Part shown: positions 1-13,387 of the stretch, in pieces
Layout of the letters: the number at the start of each line of letters is the position of its first letter
Numbering within the stretch: the first letter of the stretch is position 1
From: Octopus sinensis
Lineage: Eukaryota
Assembly (NCBI RefSeq): GCF_006345805.1
Contig: NC_043013.1
Span: forward strand, 17,794,001 to 17,858,000
Direction of reading: 5' to 3'
Length of the DNA: 64,000 bases
Notes under the pieces: generated by a model
The model's input: only the letters and a program-made list of their open reading frames with translations
What the model was told of the DNA's origin: nothing
Database searches by the model: none
Program-made: the position numbers and the translations under genes

Positions 1-191
1 CTCAACCATATTTTGTCTATGGATCCCTTTGATTCGTATTTTACTCTACTGGACCCCCACATAATCATTCAATGTTTAAAAAAATCCAATCGTATTTTTA
101 TAATTAAATATTATTAGGATTTGTATTTTTAAAAAATTGTTGAAATATTTTATGTACTGTACAAGTATAACCAATTTGTTGCACATAAACG

Positions 192-296
192 AAGCCTGGT
201 GCAGCCATCTGGTTCGCCAGGCCTCAGTCAAATCGTCCAACCCATGCTAGCATGGAAAGCGGACGTTAAACGATGATGATGATGATGATGATATGA
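192..296 (+). mobile_element. 5'-truncated RTE LINE 3' tail ending in (GAT)n
   Basis: CCAACCCATGCTAGCATGGAAAGCGGACGTTAAACGATGATGAT; the same terminus is joined to RTE ORF2 sequence at 62990-64000. Confidence 0.75.
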
Positions 297-569
297 TGAA
301 ATGTAAAAAACAAAACCTTATATGGACCCTGGATGGTCAATATGGACCCCAGTTGAGAACAACTGAACGAAACACTTCAAGGCAGTGCCCTAGTATAGCA
401 GCAATCCCATGGTTGAAACAACTAAAAGGTATATACACGCAGACACATTCTTGAAGAGATCTGCCTGGTTTTCTTGATAATAGAAAGCACTTGACAAAGT
501 CATTGGTTGCTACACTGACTGATTAGAAATTATCTCCCTTACTAATTAACAGCTGAGGAGCTGTTTTAA

Positions 570-785
570 CCCTTTAGCATTCAAACTGGCCATATTCTGC
601 CAAATATTCTACTTATTCTATGTTCAAATCAGCCAGACCTGGCCTCTCACACCTATCCTACAATGCCATTCTAAAAATAAAAGGATCATATCATTGAAAT
701 CTCAAAGCTATGAGATAACGCATGATTAATTCGAAGCATGATAAATAAGCATCATATTTTATAGAGTAACCTGGATGTTGAAGGG
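570..785. mobile_element. TTAA-flanked (piggyBac-like) MITE
   Basis: TTAA at 566-569 and 786-789; ends CCCTTTAGCATTC ... GATGTTGAAGGG; related copy at 59458-59679. Confidence 0.7.
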
Positions 786-2300
786 TTAACCCTGGTTGAA
801 GTCTACTGATGCTAGAGCAGAACATCTGGAAAAATATGCAAGTGTTCTATTTATTTGAATTAGGACAGGTATAGAAAAAAGTGTTATGTATACATCATCA
901 TCATCACCATCGGTGTTTTAATGTCAACTTTTCTATGCTTATAAAGGCCAAACAGAATTCACTGAGGCAGGCTTTCTATGCTGAGATACCCTTCCTATCA
1001 CCAACCCTGACCCGTTTTCATAGAAGACTGGAAACAAAGAACATCAGTTATATTGCGTTCATTTACAACTATTGCATGATGACGACAAAAGGACACAAAC
1101 GCATACCCGTATATATATATATATGCATATGTATTTTTGCCTCAGATGCCGTGCAGCAGGACTGAACCTAAAGCCACATGGTTCAGAGACAAATATCATA
1201 ATCACAAAGCTATACTTACAACACAGGAGCATTCCTGCCTATGCACACACACAGGCCCCTCCCCAATATATCTGCCCGATCCTCTTCTAGTAAGGTTTAC
1301 ACAAAAGTACCCCTTCAATTTAACAATTGCTAATCACTCACTACTTCCAATTTCACTGTTGAACTCTTAACAGAAAGGGGAAAAGAGAGAAGAAGGGATT
1401 AAAAAAAAAAAAAAAATCTCCAGCTGCTAAAATATGTACAGAAACACATATGTGTGTGTGTGTGTGTGTTTAAGGCGGTGCTCCAGCATGGCTGCTGTCA
1501 AATGACTGAAACAAGTAGAAGAATAAAAGAATGCACTTGTACAGTCACAAACACACACGACCTTGGAAAGCTGGTGTAAAATTATGTAACCAACAAACCT
1601 ATTGAGGATCAAAAACAATAAACTATAGCAATGGAGAAATAATTCAGAATTCAGAGACCAGTTGTTTAACAGGATTCACAGAGAACAGAAAACAATAAAC
1701 ACCACCGCCGCCACCCAATATTTTGGCCTCAGTTGTCAAAGCCTGGTTTCATGTCATCAAGGTCATAGTAAAACAAATTGTGTTGGAGATATTAAATTAA
1801 AAATGTGACTTGTATATTATGTAAGTGTAGAATGTGAAGGTGGGGTACCAGAACTAACTGAACTAGTACTGACTGATAAAAGAAACTGAGGAAGTTTAAC
1901 TCTTTTGGTGCTAACCTGCCTGAAACTGCCATTAGTTCTACAATACAAATTCCCTAAATTAAAATAATCCTTCAAAATACTGTGTAAATTTGTACCCTAA
2001 ACACTAGCTAAATAATCACAAAATGATTTTAATAACTTCTCTGTTATTAACAAAATTAATTGAAACAAGAGTAATGTATTTCAACAGAAGTAGAGTTAAT
2101 GAGAAAAATGATGTGAAGAGAAGAGCAGTAGTGCCAACGTTTGTACTTGTTCAAGCAAGAACTCATCAGAAAACTAAGATGATGGGCAACGTGCAAAGGT
2201 TTGGTGTTTTGCAGGGAATGAAAATGTAAAAAAAAAAAAAGTCTTCAGGATTCAGTTTTGTGGCATGAAGAGCATTCCTGTGAATTCTACTGCAATTCAT

Positions 2301-2545
2301 CATCATCATCATTTAACGTCCGCTTTCCATGCTAGCACGGGTTGGATGATTTGACCGAGGTCTGGCGAACCAGACTCCAATCTGATCTGGCAGAGTTTCT
2401 ACAGCTGGATGCCCTTCCTAACGCCAACCACTCCGAGAGTGTAGTGGGTGCTTCTACGTACCAGTTTGGTGGTACTGGCAACGGCCACGCCCAAATGGTG
2501 CTTTTTATGTGCCACCTGCACAGGAGCCAGTCCAGTGGCACTGGC
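2301..2545 (-). mobile_element. RTE LINE 3' tail (5'-truncated)
   Basis: (CAT)n followed by TTTAACGTCCGCTTTCCATGCTAGC...GGATGCCCTTCCTAACGCCAACC. Confidence 0.75.
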
Positions 2546-3287
2546 GACAACCTCACTCTTGGAATGATTGTATTTACTACCCTCAGAGGTGACAGAAAGC
2601 ACTACAAAAGTTTGAAATTTTTTGAACAGCTCAAAGAACATGTTCTTGTAGAAATGCAAAATAGTCCAGGAGGTCTAGTCAGAAATGACTGAGTCAAGTA
2701 AGTATTTAAGGAAAATAATGAAATGCAGAAAAACTTAATGTTACCCCCCAAAAAATAGATTGGAAATAAACACAAATCTAAAGATTTTTTTTATTCATTG
2801 ATATTGATTTGCTGCTTCTAGTTTAACAAAATTAGTGAGGTCTGACATTTTAATAAAAACGGGTTTTCTGTGAATGTAAAATCTGGACACAGAATAAATG
2901 GAGTGTGAATGGAGTCACATAAAACTTAAAGTTTGTGAATCCGGGCTTAACTTGAATAATGATAAGGAGAGGTTGGTGTACCATGAATAATGATGTGGTG
3001 GGAAGAAGTTTACTTGAATAATGATGACTGATGAAGGAGAGTATGTGGTAATGAGTTTTATCACTCCAGAGAATATTCTTTTTGCCATTAGGGCCAACAT
3101 AGATACCAACATCTCATGTATGTATGTATGTGTGTGTGCGTGCGCATGTATATGTATGTGTGGACATGTAATATATGATACAGATGTATGGATGCAGCAT
3201 GGCTGGATAATTGAGTTTGGACCACAATCATGAGGTCTCTGATTAAAAACCTCTGGTAACATGTTGGGCAAGTACAGACTTCCAGTG

Positions 3288-3612
3288 AAGGCACATGGCT
3301 CAATGGTTAGAGTGTCAGGCTTACAATCATGAGGGGGTAGTGAGTTCGATTCCTGGACTGGGCTGTGTGTTGTGTTCTTGAGCAAAACACTTTATTTCAC
3401 ATTGCTCCAGTTCACTCAGCTGTAGAAATGAGTTGTGAAATTACTGATTGGCCTTTGCCTTTCCCTTGGATAACATCGGTGGTGTGGATAGGGGAGGCTG
3501 GTATCCATGAGCGACTGTTGGTCTTCCATAAACAACCTTGCTCAGACTTGTGTCTTGTAGGGGAACTTTCTAGGTGCAATCCCATGGTCATTCTTGATAA
3601 AAGGGGGTTTTT
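3288..3612 (+). mobile_element. tRNA-derived SINE
   Basis: A-box-like TGGCTCAATGG and B-box-like GAGTTCGATTCC; head related to copies at 33170 and 34929. Confidence 0.65.
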
Positions 3613-3789
3613 ACTCCAAATTCTGTTTTCCAGTAACCTCAAAGTAAAATTAGGTAGATTGAAACTGTGTGTGTGTGTACAAGAGGAGGGAGGTCTCTGC
3701 CAGATGGACAGGTTATTCAAATATCCATCCTTGTAACACTATATTAATGATTCTACCAGAGGGTGACATTAAGGGTACACAAGAGTATT

Positions 3790-4590
3790 CTACATACATT
3801 ATACGTGTAATGGGTGCTTTTACGTGCCAATGGCATGGGTGTCATTTGTGTGACACCGATATCTGCCGTGACTGCAATTTAACTTGGCTTGATAGGTCTT
3901 CTCAAGCATGACATAATGCCAAAGGTCTTGGTCATTGCTTCCATGAGGCCCAACACTCGAAAGAAGCTTTTTATGTGCCACTGGCAAGGGTGCCAGTTAT
4001 GTGACACCAGCATCAGCCACAGCTACAGTTTCACTTAGCTTGACGGGTCTTCTCAAGCACAGTATATCGCCAAAGGTCTCAGTCACTAGTCATTGCCTGT
4101 GAGATCCAAAGTTTGAAGATCATGCCTCACCACTTTGTCCCAGGTCTTCTTGGGTTCACCTTTACCACAGGTTCCCTTGACAGAGATCAGCACTTCTTTA
4201 TGCAGCTGTCTTCGTCCATACGCATCACATGACCATACCAGTCCAGTCATCTCTCTTGCACACCACATCTGATGCCCAACTTTTCTCTCAAGATGCTTAC
4301 ACTCTGTCGAACATGCACACTGACATTGCACATCCAGCGAAGCATACTGGCTTCGTTTCTTTCAAGCCTACGCATGTCCTCAGCTGTTCGTGCACAAGCA
4401 TCATACAACCTGCCTTTCACTCTGAAGAAGAGGCTCTTTGTTGCCAATAGAGATAGGAGCTCTCTGAACTTTGCCCAGCCTATTCTTATTCTCACAACTT
4501 TGCTCTTGGAACATCTACCTCTGCCACTAACTTGGTCACCTAGGTAACAGAAGCTATCTACTACATCTAGCTTACCCACAGGCAGTCGAT
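3790..4590 (-). mobile_element. RTE LINE 3' fragment (ORF2 C-terminus and 3' UTR)
   Basis: Translates to VDSFCYLGD...RIGWAKFRELL...KGRLYDAC...MLRWMCNV, typical RTE ORF2 end; frameshifted. Confidence 0.85.
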
Positions 4591-4876
4591 GGAGTCTATT
4601 TTCAGTACATATTACTTAGGAAATAATTGAAGATGACCCAAAAGTGACAGGCTGAGGAGAGAAGAGACAAGATGAACTGGGATAAGAACATCGCAGAGGA
4701 AGAAGTAATAGGATACAGGCAGGCATACACATTTCCATGCTTGCATGGGTTAGATGGAATTTGTTGAGGCAAATTTTCTAAGGCCAAGATACTTTTTCCC
4801 ATCAGTAACTCATTTGCTTTCATGCCTGAACAGGAAGAAGCTGATGCAAATGTGATGATTTTATATATATATATAT

Positions 4877-5392
4877 AAGGGTGCAGTGATTAAACTGCCG
4901 TCTACATTATGCAAAAATTAAAATAACACTGACATCTCGTTTTAACAGATATATTTACTGAAATTACATAAAAATATCTTTAAATACTAAAGAGTAAATT
5001 TATTCAATAAAATTGCCATTGGCTTTAACCGCAGCCTCCAGATGACTTCAGAATCTCCTGCAATTCTTCTGGATGGTCCCCTTGTTTAAGTTGGTGAATG
5101 CTGCCATAATCCTTGCCCTCACTTCATCTTTGGTGTTACAAGGAGTTTTGTTGGTTTCTTGCTCAACTGCGCCCCACACATAATAATCAAGAGGGTTGCA
5201 GTCTGGAGAGTTAGGTAGCCAGATGTTAGGGGTGAGGTGGTTGCAGAAATTGTCTGACAGCCACGACTGGGTTCTCCTGCTTGTGTGGCAAGGTGCAGAG
5301 TCCTGTTGCCAGACTTGTCTTCTGGCAGCCATCCTCTTTGGCAGCACTACCTCCTCCTGGCACATACCCTGTGTGGCACCTTGGGCGAGTAT
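4877..5392 (-). mobile_element. maT (DD37D) Tc1/mariner-superfamily transposon, 3' part
   Basis: QQDSAPCH...WLPNSPDCNPLDYYVWG, with 37 residues between the 2nd and 3rd catalytic Asp; terminal repeat next to TA tract; sister copy at 16862-17613. Confidence 0.85.
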
Positions 5393-6241
5393 CTTCTGAT
5401 ATAGAACCTGGGCGCAATGCTTTGAGAGTAGATTTGGCAGATAGAATCTGAAAAGAAGACTTTGTGTGTGTGAATGCTGGGGCAAGTTATCTGCAATGTT
5501 ATTCATTTTCAATATTCTGCAAAAAACATAATTGCCCATGGGAAATATTATCTTGTATAGAAAGAGGTGAGGGATGGCAACAGGAAGTCTATCTGGCCTT
5601 AGAAGATCTGCCACAATAAACTTTGTTCAGCAAGCATGGGAAAATTGACATGAAAATGAGATAGATAGTTTTGGTTGGTTCAGTGACCTGTTGTATGTAG
5701 ATAGATACTTAAAAAGCATCTGGTACACTCTATAAGGTGGTTGGCATTAGGAGGGGCATCCAGCTATAGAATTCAAGCCAAAACAGACTGTGGCGCCTGG
5801 ACTGGCTCCTGGCCTTGCCAGTTCCTGTCAAGTTGTCCAACCCAGGCCAGCATGAAAAACTGACGTCAAATGTTGATGATGTTATATTGAAAACACAAAC
5901 TATTTCCCAGTAATATTTTTATAAAGATAGTTTTTCATTTTGTTGTATGGGTTCATGTAGTTTATTTATAGCAGTAAATTTTCCAAATCTTCACATTCTC
6001 CCCTTCTGGATGAAGTGATGTTGCTGCCTCAAGGCTTATATGATTAGTATAGATAGAACCAACAGAATTTCAAGTTTTGATTAATGTCATCAGTACACAT
6101 CTTATAAACAGATGCATGTGTATTTCTCCATGCTTGCATGTGTTACATTTTCTTCGACTAGATGCCCTTCCTGCACTCAAACCTGGAACTTCGTGGTTAT
6201 AAAGTTTTTAGCCATTCAGCCATAAGGTGCCTATATAGATG

Positions 6242-6292
<51 letters not shown>

Positions 6293-6399
6293 TATAATGC
6301 CGGTGAACCTACTACACTTCTTGTGCATTCAGTTTACACAAATACACTTTATAGAATTCCTACCAAATGTTTTTCTATAGCTATCTTCCCCGATGACAG

Positions 6400-6960
6400 C
6401 AAGGTCTTCTTGTCCTTTCTATTTACTAATACTTTAGTCATTGCTAAATTCAGTTTGAGGCTTCTTGGTTTTGTTTCCATACTCGGAGTTTCTTTTCTAA
6501 TTCTCTAACTGATTCAGCTATAAGAACTAGGTTATCAGTAATGGGGAGTTCCCCACAAGCAGCCTGTCTTAAACTTCTGTTTTAGCTTGGAAGACTATAA
6601 TGAACAGCAGTGGTCAGCGGATCAAGCCCTGACGGACTTCTAACCAAATATACTGCTGATTCACACCTTACAAACTGTTCCACTGTAACCACCAAATCAC
6701 AGAGCAGGGAACAAATTCCTCCTGGCAACAGAATTCTCCTTTCAGCTGCCTCACTAGGAGGATGACATTAGTAGTACTTCTTCCTGGCAGAGAACCAAAC
6801 TGCATTGCAGCTATGTTGATTCTGTTTCTAATCAAGTCTGCTATAGCTCTTTCATAAACTTTCAAAACCCGATAGAGCCAGTTTAATATCTCTGTACTTT
6901 CCATTTTCTGGCATATCTCATTTGCCCTTGTAGAAGTTTACAACAATTCTACTATACCTG
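6400..6960 (-). mobile_element. Decayed RTE reverse-transcriptase fragment
   Basis: LKVYERAIADLIRNRI...MQFGSLPGRSTTNVILLVRQL. Confidence 0.75.
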
Positions 6961-7225
6961 TTGTTGTGTATGACACCTTTTTACACTTACCTGAATTACT
7001 ATACAAGTGACTGGCCCATATCCAACTCCATAAGACATTTTAAGAATTTCAGTGGTAATTTCTTATGAACACAGTGCCTCTATAGCATTAATACCTTTAA
7101 TCTTTCTCTATCCACATTCTGATGGCTGTCTATCTGACAAAACTGGGGGTTACCATTCATGCTAATACCTACTGCAGTCAACTAAATGGTCGGTCTCTAT
7201 ACTGAATCTACTTGGGGTATATTAT

Positions 7226-7269
<44 letters not shown>

Positions 7270-7746
7270 TACATACACACACACCTACCCACTCATACAT
7301 ATAATCATTACAGTCAGTTTTTTCCCCCTACAGCAGGAGCTGAAAACTTATGACAGCATTCTATGGATGGATACCTTTCCTGACATCAACCCTTACTTAT
7401 ATGTATACTTGTATGTAGACATAAATGTGTGTGTGTATATATATATATATGTATACACACATGCATACACAAACATATATCTTTATATATGTATGTGTGT
7501 GTGTGTCTATGCCACTTTATCTTGACATTAAGCAATAATTGTAACTGCCAGACAAGCAGTGCCCTTTGTTTCAAATCTTCTATGGAAGCATGTCCAGTCA
7601 ATGGGGAAATATTACCTTGCTTGGAAACCGGTGAGAGTTGGCAACAGGAAGGGCATCCAGCAGTAGAAAATCTGACTCATCGAATTCCATAAGGATGATG
7701 CAAGCATGAAAAAGTGGATGTTAGAACATTGATACATACGTATGTG

Positions 7747-7792
<46 letters not shown>

Positions 7793-8038
7793 CATCCATA
7801 CATACATATATCCATGAGCTCTCTTTTATTCTGTATACATGCGAGTGTATGCATATATTCTTTTATACATTTCAGCCTTCAGGCCGTGGCCATACTGGAG
7901 GCCTGACTTATTATATATATATATATATATATATCATATATATATATAATCAGTTTTAATGTTCATTTTCCATTCTTGCATAGGTCAACAGGAATTTGTT
8001 GAGACCGATTTTCTATGGCCGGATGCCTTTCTGTCGCC

Positions 8039-8081
<43 letters not shown>

Positions 8082-9043
8082 TATACATACACACACATAC
8101 AGAGTACACACGTACATATATATATATATGAATATATATATATATGTATATATAAATATATGTATATATATGTTTAGCTACGTACGTATGCACACAGTTT
8201 TGTATACGCAAGGAAGAAAACACATACACACTCAGCCCCTCCGTATGTGCTAGGGGTCTGACTTAACCTGCAGATATGTTCGCTCTAATAATGGATGCAT
8301 GAATCATGAATATGCAACAATTTATTCGCATCATAATGCTGCTGCCATCCCTTTCACTAACACTGATTAACAAGCATATCATTTATATAAACGTACAAAT
8401 ATATATTACTTATTGTTTCATATCTGAAGGTAAGATAATGGCCTATAATTCTGACCACATGCTCATGAAACTTTGCAGTTCGTTGCCACTTGTGTTTTCT
8501 TTTGAACAGGTGGTCCAGTGGTTACTAGATGATGGAAGGTTTAAATTTATATCTAGTTTACTGATGTCTAACAAAACCAGACATATGCAATATTTAACAT
8601 AAAACCTGATTTATAGGAATAAAGACGGCGAAGAAGGATGGTGGGATATGTGGTGGGATATTTTTGTCTTTTTCTCTAATATTTGTAGAATACTCCAAGG
8701 ATCTGAATGAAGGGGAAGGGGATCAAATAATGGTTTTTTTTTTGGGGTGTTGCTGTTGGTCCCAGGTCGTATCTGATCGAGTAGACATGATAAAATCCAA
8801 TCCAATAATGACTACCTTGCCTTATTTTCAGACTGGTATATCTAGAATTACAGTACAGTGTCTTCCGTTTTTAAACACAATGGGAAGCGGTAAAAAGATT
8901 TCACTGGTATAAATGGAAATATGAAAGTTGTCGATCAACAGATTTACAGAAAGTGTGTGTGTGTGTGTGTGTGTGTGAGTGAGAGAGAAAGAGAGATTTA
9001 AATGAGAGAAATACGAGAGGCTGAAAGGAAAGGCATTAATTAC

Positions 9044-10021
9044 CTCGTTAGTCGGATCACTGCTGCTAATTGCATGGCTATTGTTGACTTGACCACTGCT
9101 ATCATCTGTAGCAGTTGGGGTGGTAGTACTGTCCGAATCGTTGACATATGTCTCCAAGTTGGAGATATTTGCAACAGTGTTGTTGTTATTGTTGTTGTCG
9201 GGGTTGGTCTCTGAGTCATTGCCATTGGAAATATTTATGTTGTCGCAAGTCGGGTGCGAAACTCCGGCCACGAGGTCAGTAGCAGTGGCAGTTGTGGTGA
9301 TAGCAGCAGATTGATCTCTTTTTCCGTCGCTGTGAAAATAAGAATTAATCCTATTTAGGTAGTCCACTTCTTCACTCGGATGACCACTTTGCTCACAGCC
9401 GCTTCCATCTTCCGTCTCGTCGGACACCCTCACCGCTTCGCTGTCGTTATTTTCTTCCACCTCTCTGGGGTGATGGTCATTGTTGTGTTGTTCGTGGATG
9501 ATGTTGTTATCGTGGTCATTGTTATTGTCAACGACGATGTTGGAATTGTCGTCATTGTCCCCATTATTGTTTTCGTTAGAGTTTTCAGTCAGGTGGACCG
9601 AGTTTGAAGATTGCTCGGCGCTGACCAGGTAGGTAGAGTAGTCTGTGTGGAAGCCCGGGTATCGAACCCGCTGTCGCCGCCGCCGTCCGCGACGCTGCGG
9701 GAAGTAGTCGTCGTAATTGTAAGAGAACGGGTTCGATGTAAGCCGGCGCAGCTCGTTGTAGAAGGACGTCGAGAAGATGTTTCCATAGTCGACGTTCTTG
9801 AAGTGGAGGTGTTGTCCGAGCAGGTAGAGCTGGTTGCGGTTGTTGTCTATGTAGTTGTTGACGCGGCCGTATGCCGTGCTGCCACCCAGGATAATTTCCT
9901 GGACCTCCGGGTAGCTGATGTAGTCGCTACTGAAATAATTGGTCACATCCGTCCGAAGGAGACTGAGCACAATGGCCAGAGATATTAAACTGTCTGTAAA
10001 ACATTGTTTGATCATTGTGAA
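9044..10021 (-). CDS. Large coding exon (326 codons, phase 0-0): probable CARD/death-fold domain, RRGRRRRQR basic motif and N/D/T-rich low-complexity region
   Basis: Acceptor ctccgccgttctgtgttccacag|TTC at 10021 and donor GAG|gtaatt at 9044, both in frame with ORF 8828-10099; strong C-ending codon bias at about 9560-9960; hand alignment to CARD pattern. Exon confidence is high; the domain call is about 0.55. Confidence 0.8.
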
Positions 10022-10995
10022 CTGTGGAACACAGAACGGCGGAGATGGAGACGGCAACAGATGGACTTCACACACGATCGAACGAAAGAAGGAATTCAAA
10101 CAAGAACCAAACCTAATTTAAACAAAAGAAAGCTTCAGTGATCTTCGGAGAATCTACCACCTATGTCTATGTGTTGAAAAGTAAATTCAAATGTCTTTCA
10201 CTTGTTTATTAAAGCGAAGCTATAAGATATCGCCACTAGGACAGCTTGGGACGAACAAATAGCCATATTTAAAAATATAAGTGTTCGTCTTAATTTGCTT
10301 TAGTAGTATGTCCCATTATCTCCTCCATCGTTAGAAATCATAACAAAAGAACAGAAGTCCTTGTGTACAGCTAGTTGTTGCCTTCTATTAAGAATAACTG
10401 AATACCCCCCATTATACATATGTATGTGTTAAGTTTTCCATTAAAATGTTAGCATGGGGGGGATTTGAAAACCACAAAAATAAAAAGGAAAAGATACAAC
10501 AACGAACCCCCTCGAAACACCGTGAACTTATTCAAATAATTAGAGGACTTTAAATTCTCCTTATTGCTATGTTGGGGACAAAAAACCCCCAATTTTTCTA
10601 CAGTCTGGCTTCTTATAAACCCTAAATCATTCTTATTAATATTATAAATAAACTAAAAAGACTATTAATGTCTAGAATTAATAATTATTAATATTATAAT
10701 TACTAATACGAGTTTTTTTCTAGTTTTTTTCATCCGCAAGGGTAGCAGCAATTAATGCCTATATGAACTTCTGCGTATTCCATGCCAGGGTTTCTATTTT
10801 GTCCCCTAAAGTTACAACACAAAAACTGATCCTAAACACTATTTGCTGGGTTTGTTGTTGTTTAGTTTCTTTTGTCTTCCGTTGGGGGTTTTTTTTTTTT
10901 GCCTCGCTCTTTGCTGTGTTTGTGTTTTGGAGTGATTTTTTTTTATGTACCCCTGTAAATTCCACCCAGACGAACTGGGCCGCCAAGCCAATAGA

Positions 10996-11108
10996 TATGT
11001 GTGTTACAGTGTTTGTTAGTGTGTTACACTGTATGTAACACAGTGGCTGTTACACTGCAACGACGGATTCTAGTGTGACTCATTGAACATTCGAGAAACT
11101 ACTTCCGG
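10996..11108. promoter_or_regulatory. Candidate promoter/enhancer: ETS site, AP-1 site and GTTAC/GTAAC inverted repeats
   Basis: ACTTCCGG (CCGGAAGT on minus) 11101-11108; TGACTCA 11076-11082; GTGTTACA-ctgta-TGTAACAC hairpin; non-repetitive sequence about 1 kb upstream of the exon. Confidence 0.35.
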
Positions 11109-12109
11109 TTAGGAATAAATAAATAAATAAATATACATATATACAAAAAAACCGACAGGCGGAGGGGTAGAAGAATAACGTGAGTTTATGAGAAGGAGGG
11201 AGGAGGAGAATAGAGTGAGAGAAGGAGGAAAAAATGAGGAGAAGGGAGAAGACAGAGAAAGGGTAGATGTGAGCAGGGAGGGAATAAGGAAAAAGCTTGA
11301 GAGGAAGAGGTATGAGAAAAGAGAGGAAGGAGGGACGGTAAGAGCAGGAGAATAAAGTGAGGAAAGGAAGCAGGTGTGAGTTGGGAGAAAAGAAAGGAGA
11401 GACATAAGAGGGAGGAGGGGAATAGCGTGAGAGAAGAAGGTAAAAGATATAAAGCAAAGACGAGAGGAATAAGAAAAAAAGTGGAAAAAAAAACCCAGAG
11501 AAAAGATACGAAGAGGAACAAAGGCAATGAAAGGGAGATAATAAGGAGGATACATAGGCAGAAGAACGGGGAGAAAAGAAGAGGGAAAACGAGGGAAGGT
11601 AAAGAGGAATGGGCGAGGGAAAGAGAACGAGAATGAAAGACGAGTAAAAAACAAAATTACATTGAAAAGATATATATACACATGGGTGAGAAAATGAGGT
11701 ATGAGAAACACACACACATTATTTCATCGTCGTTGTGTTAACGCCCATTTTCCCAAACTTCCATGGGTCATACGTAATTCTGCGACTGGATGCTCTTTCC
11801 GTCGCCAACTCTCACCTGTTTCCAAGTAAAGTAATATTTCCTAATGGCGAGACACGTTTTCATGTAAGAGCTGCTTGTATGATAGTGACGTTCATTTACA
11901 ACTACCCTGTGGAGTCAAGACAAGGTGACACACACACACGATGAACTTCTTTCAGTTTCTGCTAATCAAACTGACTCACAAGCTTTTGGTTGGCCAAAGG
12001 TACTACACAATGTTACTGAACCCATTGGGAAGCGAACTTGCTAACCACCTCACAGTCATGCTTGTGTCTATGCTGTGTGTGTGTATCTAATAATAATAAC
12101 GAAATTATT

Positions 12110-12260
12110 GTATGCCGGCAGTTATTCCATACTTCAGCAACTCTTAGTGTGAAAAAATGTTTTCCGAAAGTCATGGGAGCTGTGCTGTTTTCTGACTTTG
12201 TAAACATGTCCACAGGTGTTAGACAGGTGGAGTTTGAAAAGGTGCTCAGAGTCATTGTTT
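12110..12260 (-). mobile_element. CR1/L2-like LINE 3' end fragment
   Basis: KHFFTLRVAEVWN matches the CR1-type ORF2 terminal motif FFxxRVxxxWN. Confidence 0.55.
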
Positions 12261-13387
12261 GTAAGATGGTTAATAATTTTATGGGTATGTCTGCCAAGTC
12301 AGCTGCCAGACGTCAGAGTTTCAATGTATCCATATCTATCTATCTATCTATCTATCTATCTGTATATCTGTCTGCATGGCAGGGTGGTTAAGAAGTTGGC
12401 TTCACAACTACATGGTTTCTGGTTCAGTCTCACTGCACAGCAAGTTTCTTCTACTATAGTCCTACTATAGTCCTAGGCCTTGTGTGTGAATTTGATAGAT
12501 GGAAACGCACAGTGTATATGTGTGTTGCTTGTTTTCAATCTTCCATGAAAACATATCTGACCACGGAATAAAAATACATTGCTTGGAAACAAGTTTACCA
12601 ATTTCCCTCAAGGCATTTCTTAGACCAATGCAATAACAGAAAACACTTATGTGTGTGTGTGTGTGTGTGAGAAAGAGAGAAGGAAGAGCAGTGCAAAGAG
12701 ATAGATTAAGAACTTGGTGGAAAAACAGGAAGTAAATTAAAAGAAGAGAGATGAAAGGGAGAGGAAATGAGGGCTAAATTAGAAAATGGAAAGTGGAAGG
12801 ATATATGAGGGAGGCAGAAGAGGAAAAACTAAAACTAGGAAGTGTAGAAACTAAAAGCAGCAGAAACTAAGAAAGTGGGAAGTGAGAGGGAGAGAAAAAA
12901 GACTAAAAAATAGATATGCAACATATGGTTGTGAGAAGAAAGGACATAAATGGAAAAAACAAAAATCTCATAAAAATCAGATTAAAGAGAGAAAGACATA
13001 GAATATAAAAGAAGGTTGATAGGAAAGGAAAACAGGAATGAAAGATGAGAGAGAAAAAATAAGAGAGAGAATAATAGAAGGAAGAGGAAAAGAAAAAGAA
13101 AGGAAAGGAAAAGGAGAAATGATAGAAAGGGGAACGTTTATGGGAGGGTGGAAAAGAGAAAAGGAAAGAAAGTTAAGATGAGCAAGTGAAAGATGATGGA
13201 AAGGGAGAGAGAGAGAAGGTTGAAGAAAGAAAGACTGTGTGTGCTTGTATACTAAAGCTACAATACCCAATCCTTCCCCTTCCTCTATCCATCACCCAGT
13301 TTAATAGTACCACCTGGTACCTAAGGTACTGTTAGCAAAGTCCATTCTCTTGCAAGTAACCAGGTCAGGTGACCCAGTTCAAGAATA

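Noticed and set aside
2587-2697. Plus-strand exon-like segment (ccctcag|...CAA|gtaagt; GDRKHYKSLKFFEQLKEHVLVEM)
   Set aside because: All three frames stop inside it, there is no recognisable homology, and it abuts an RTE tail
8430-8508. Short plus-strand intron-like signal (AAG|gtaaga...ttttgaacag|)
   Set aside because: The spliced frame stops after 7 codons; no supporting ORF
9866-9895. IILGGSTAYG resembling a nucleotidyltransferase hG[GS] motif
   Set aside because: The required downstream DxD acidic pair is absent; the CARD pattern explains more residues
11080-11717. Long F/L/S-rich ORFs
   Set aside because: Translation of a purine/pyrimidine-skewed low-complexity tract
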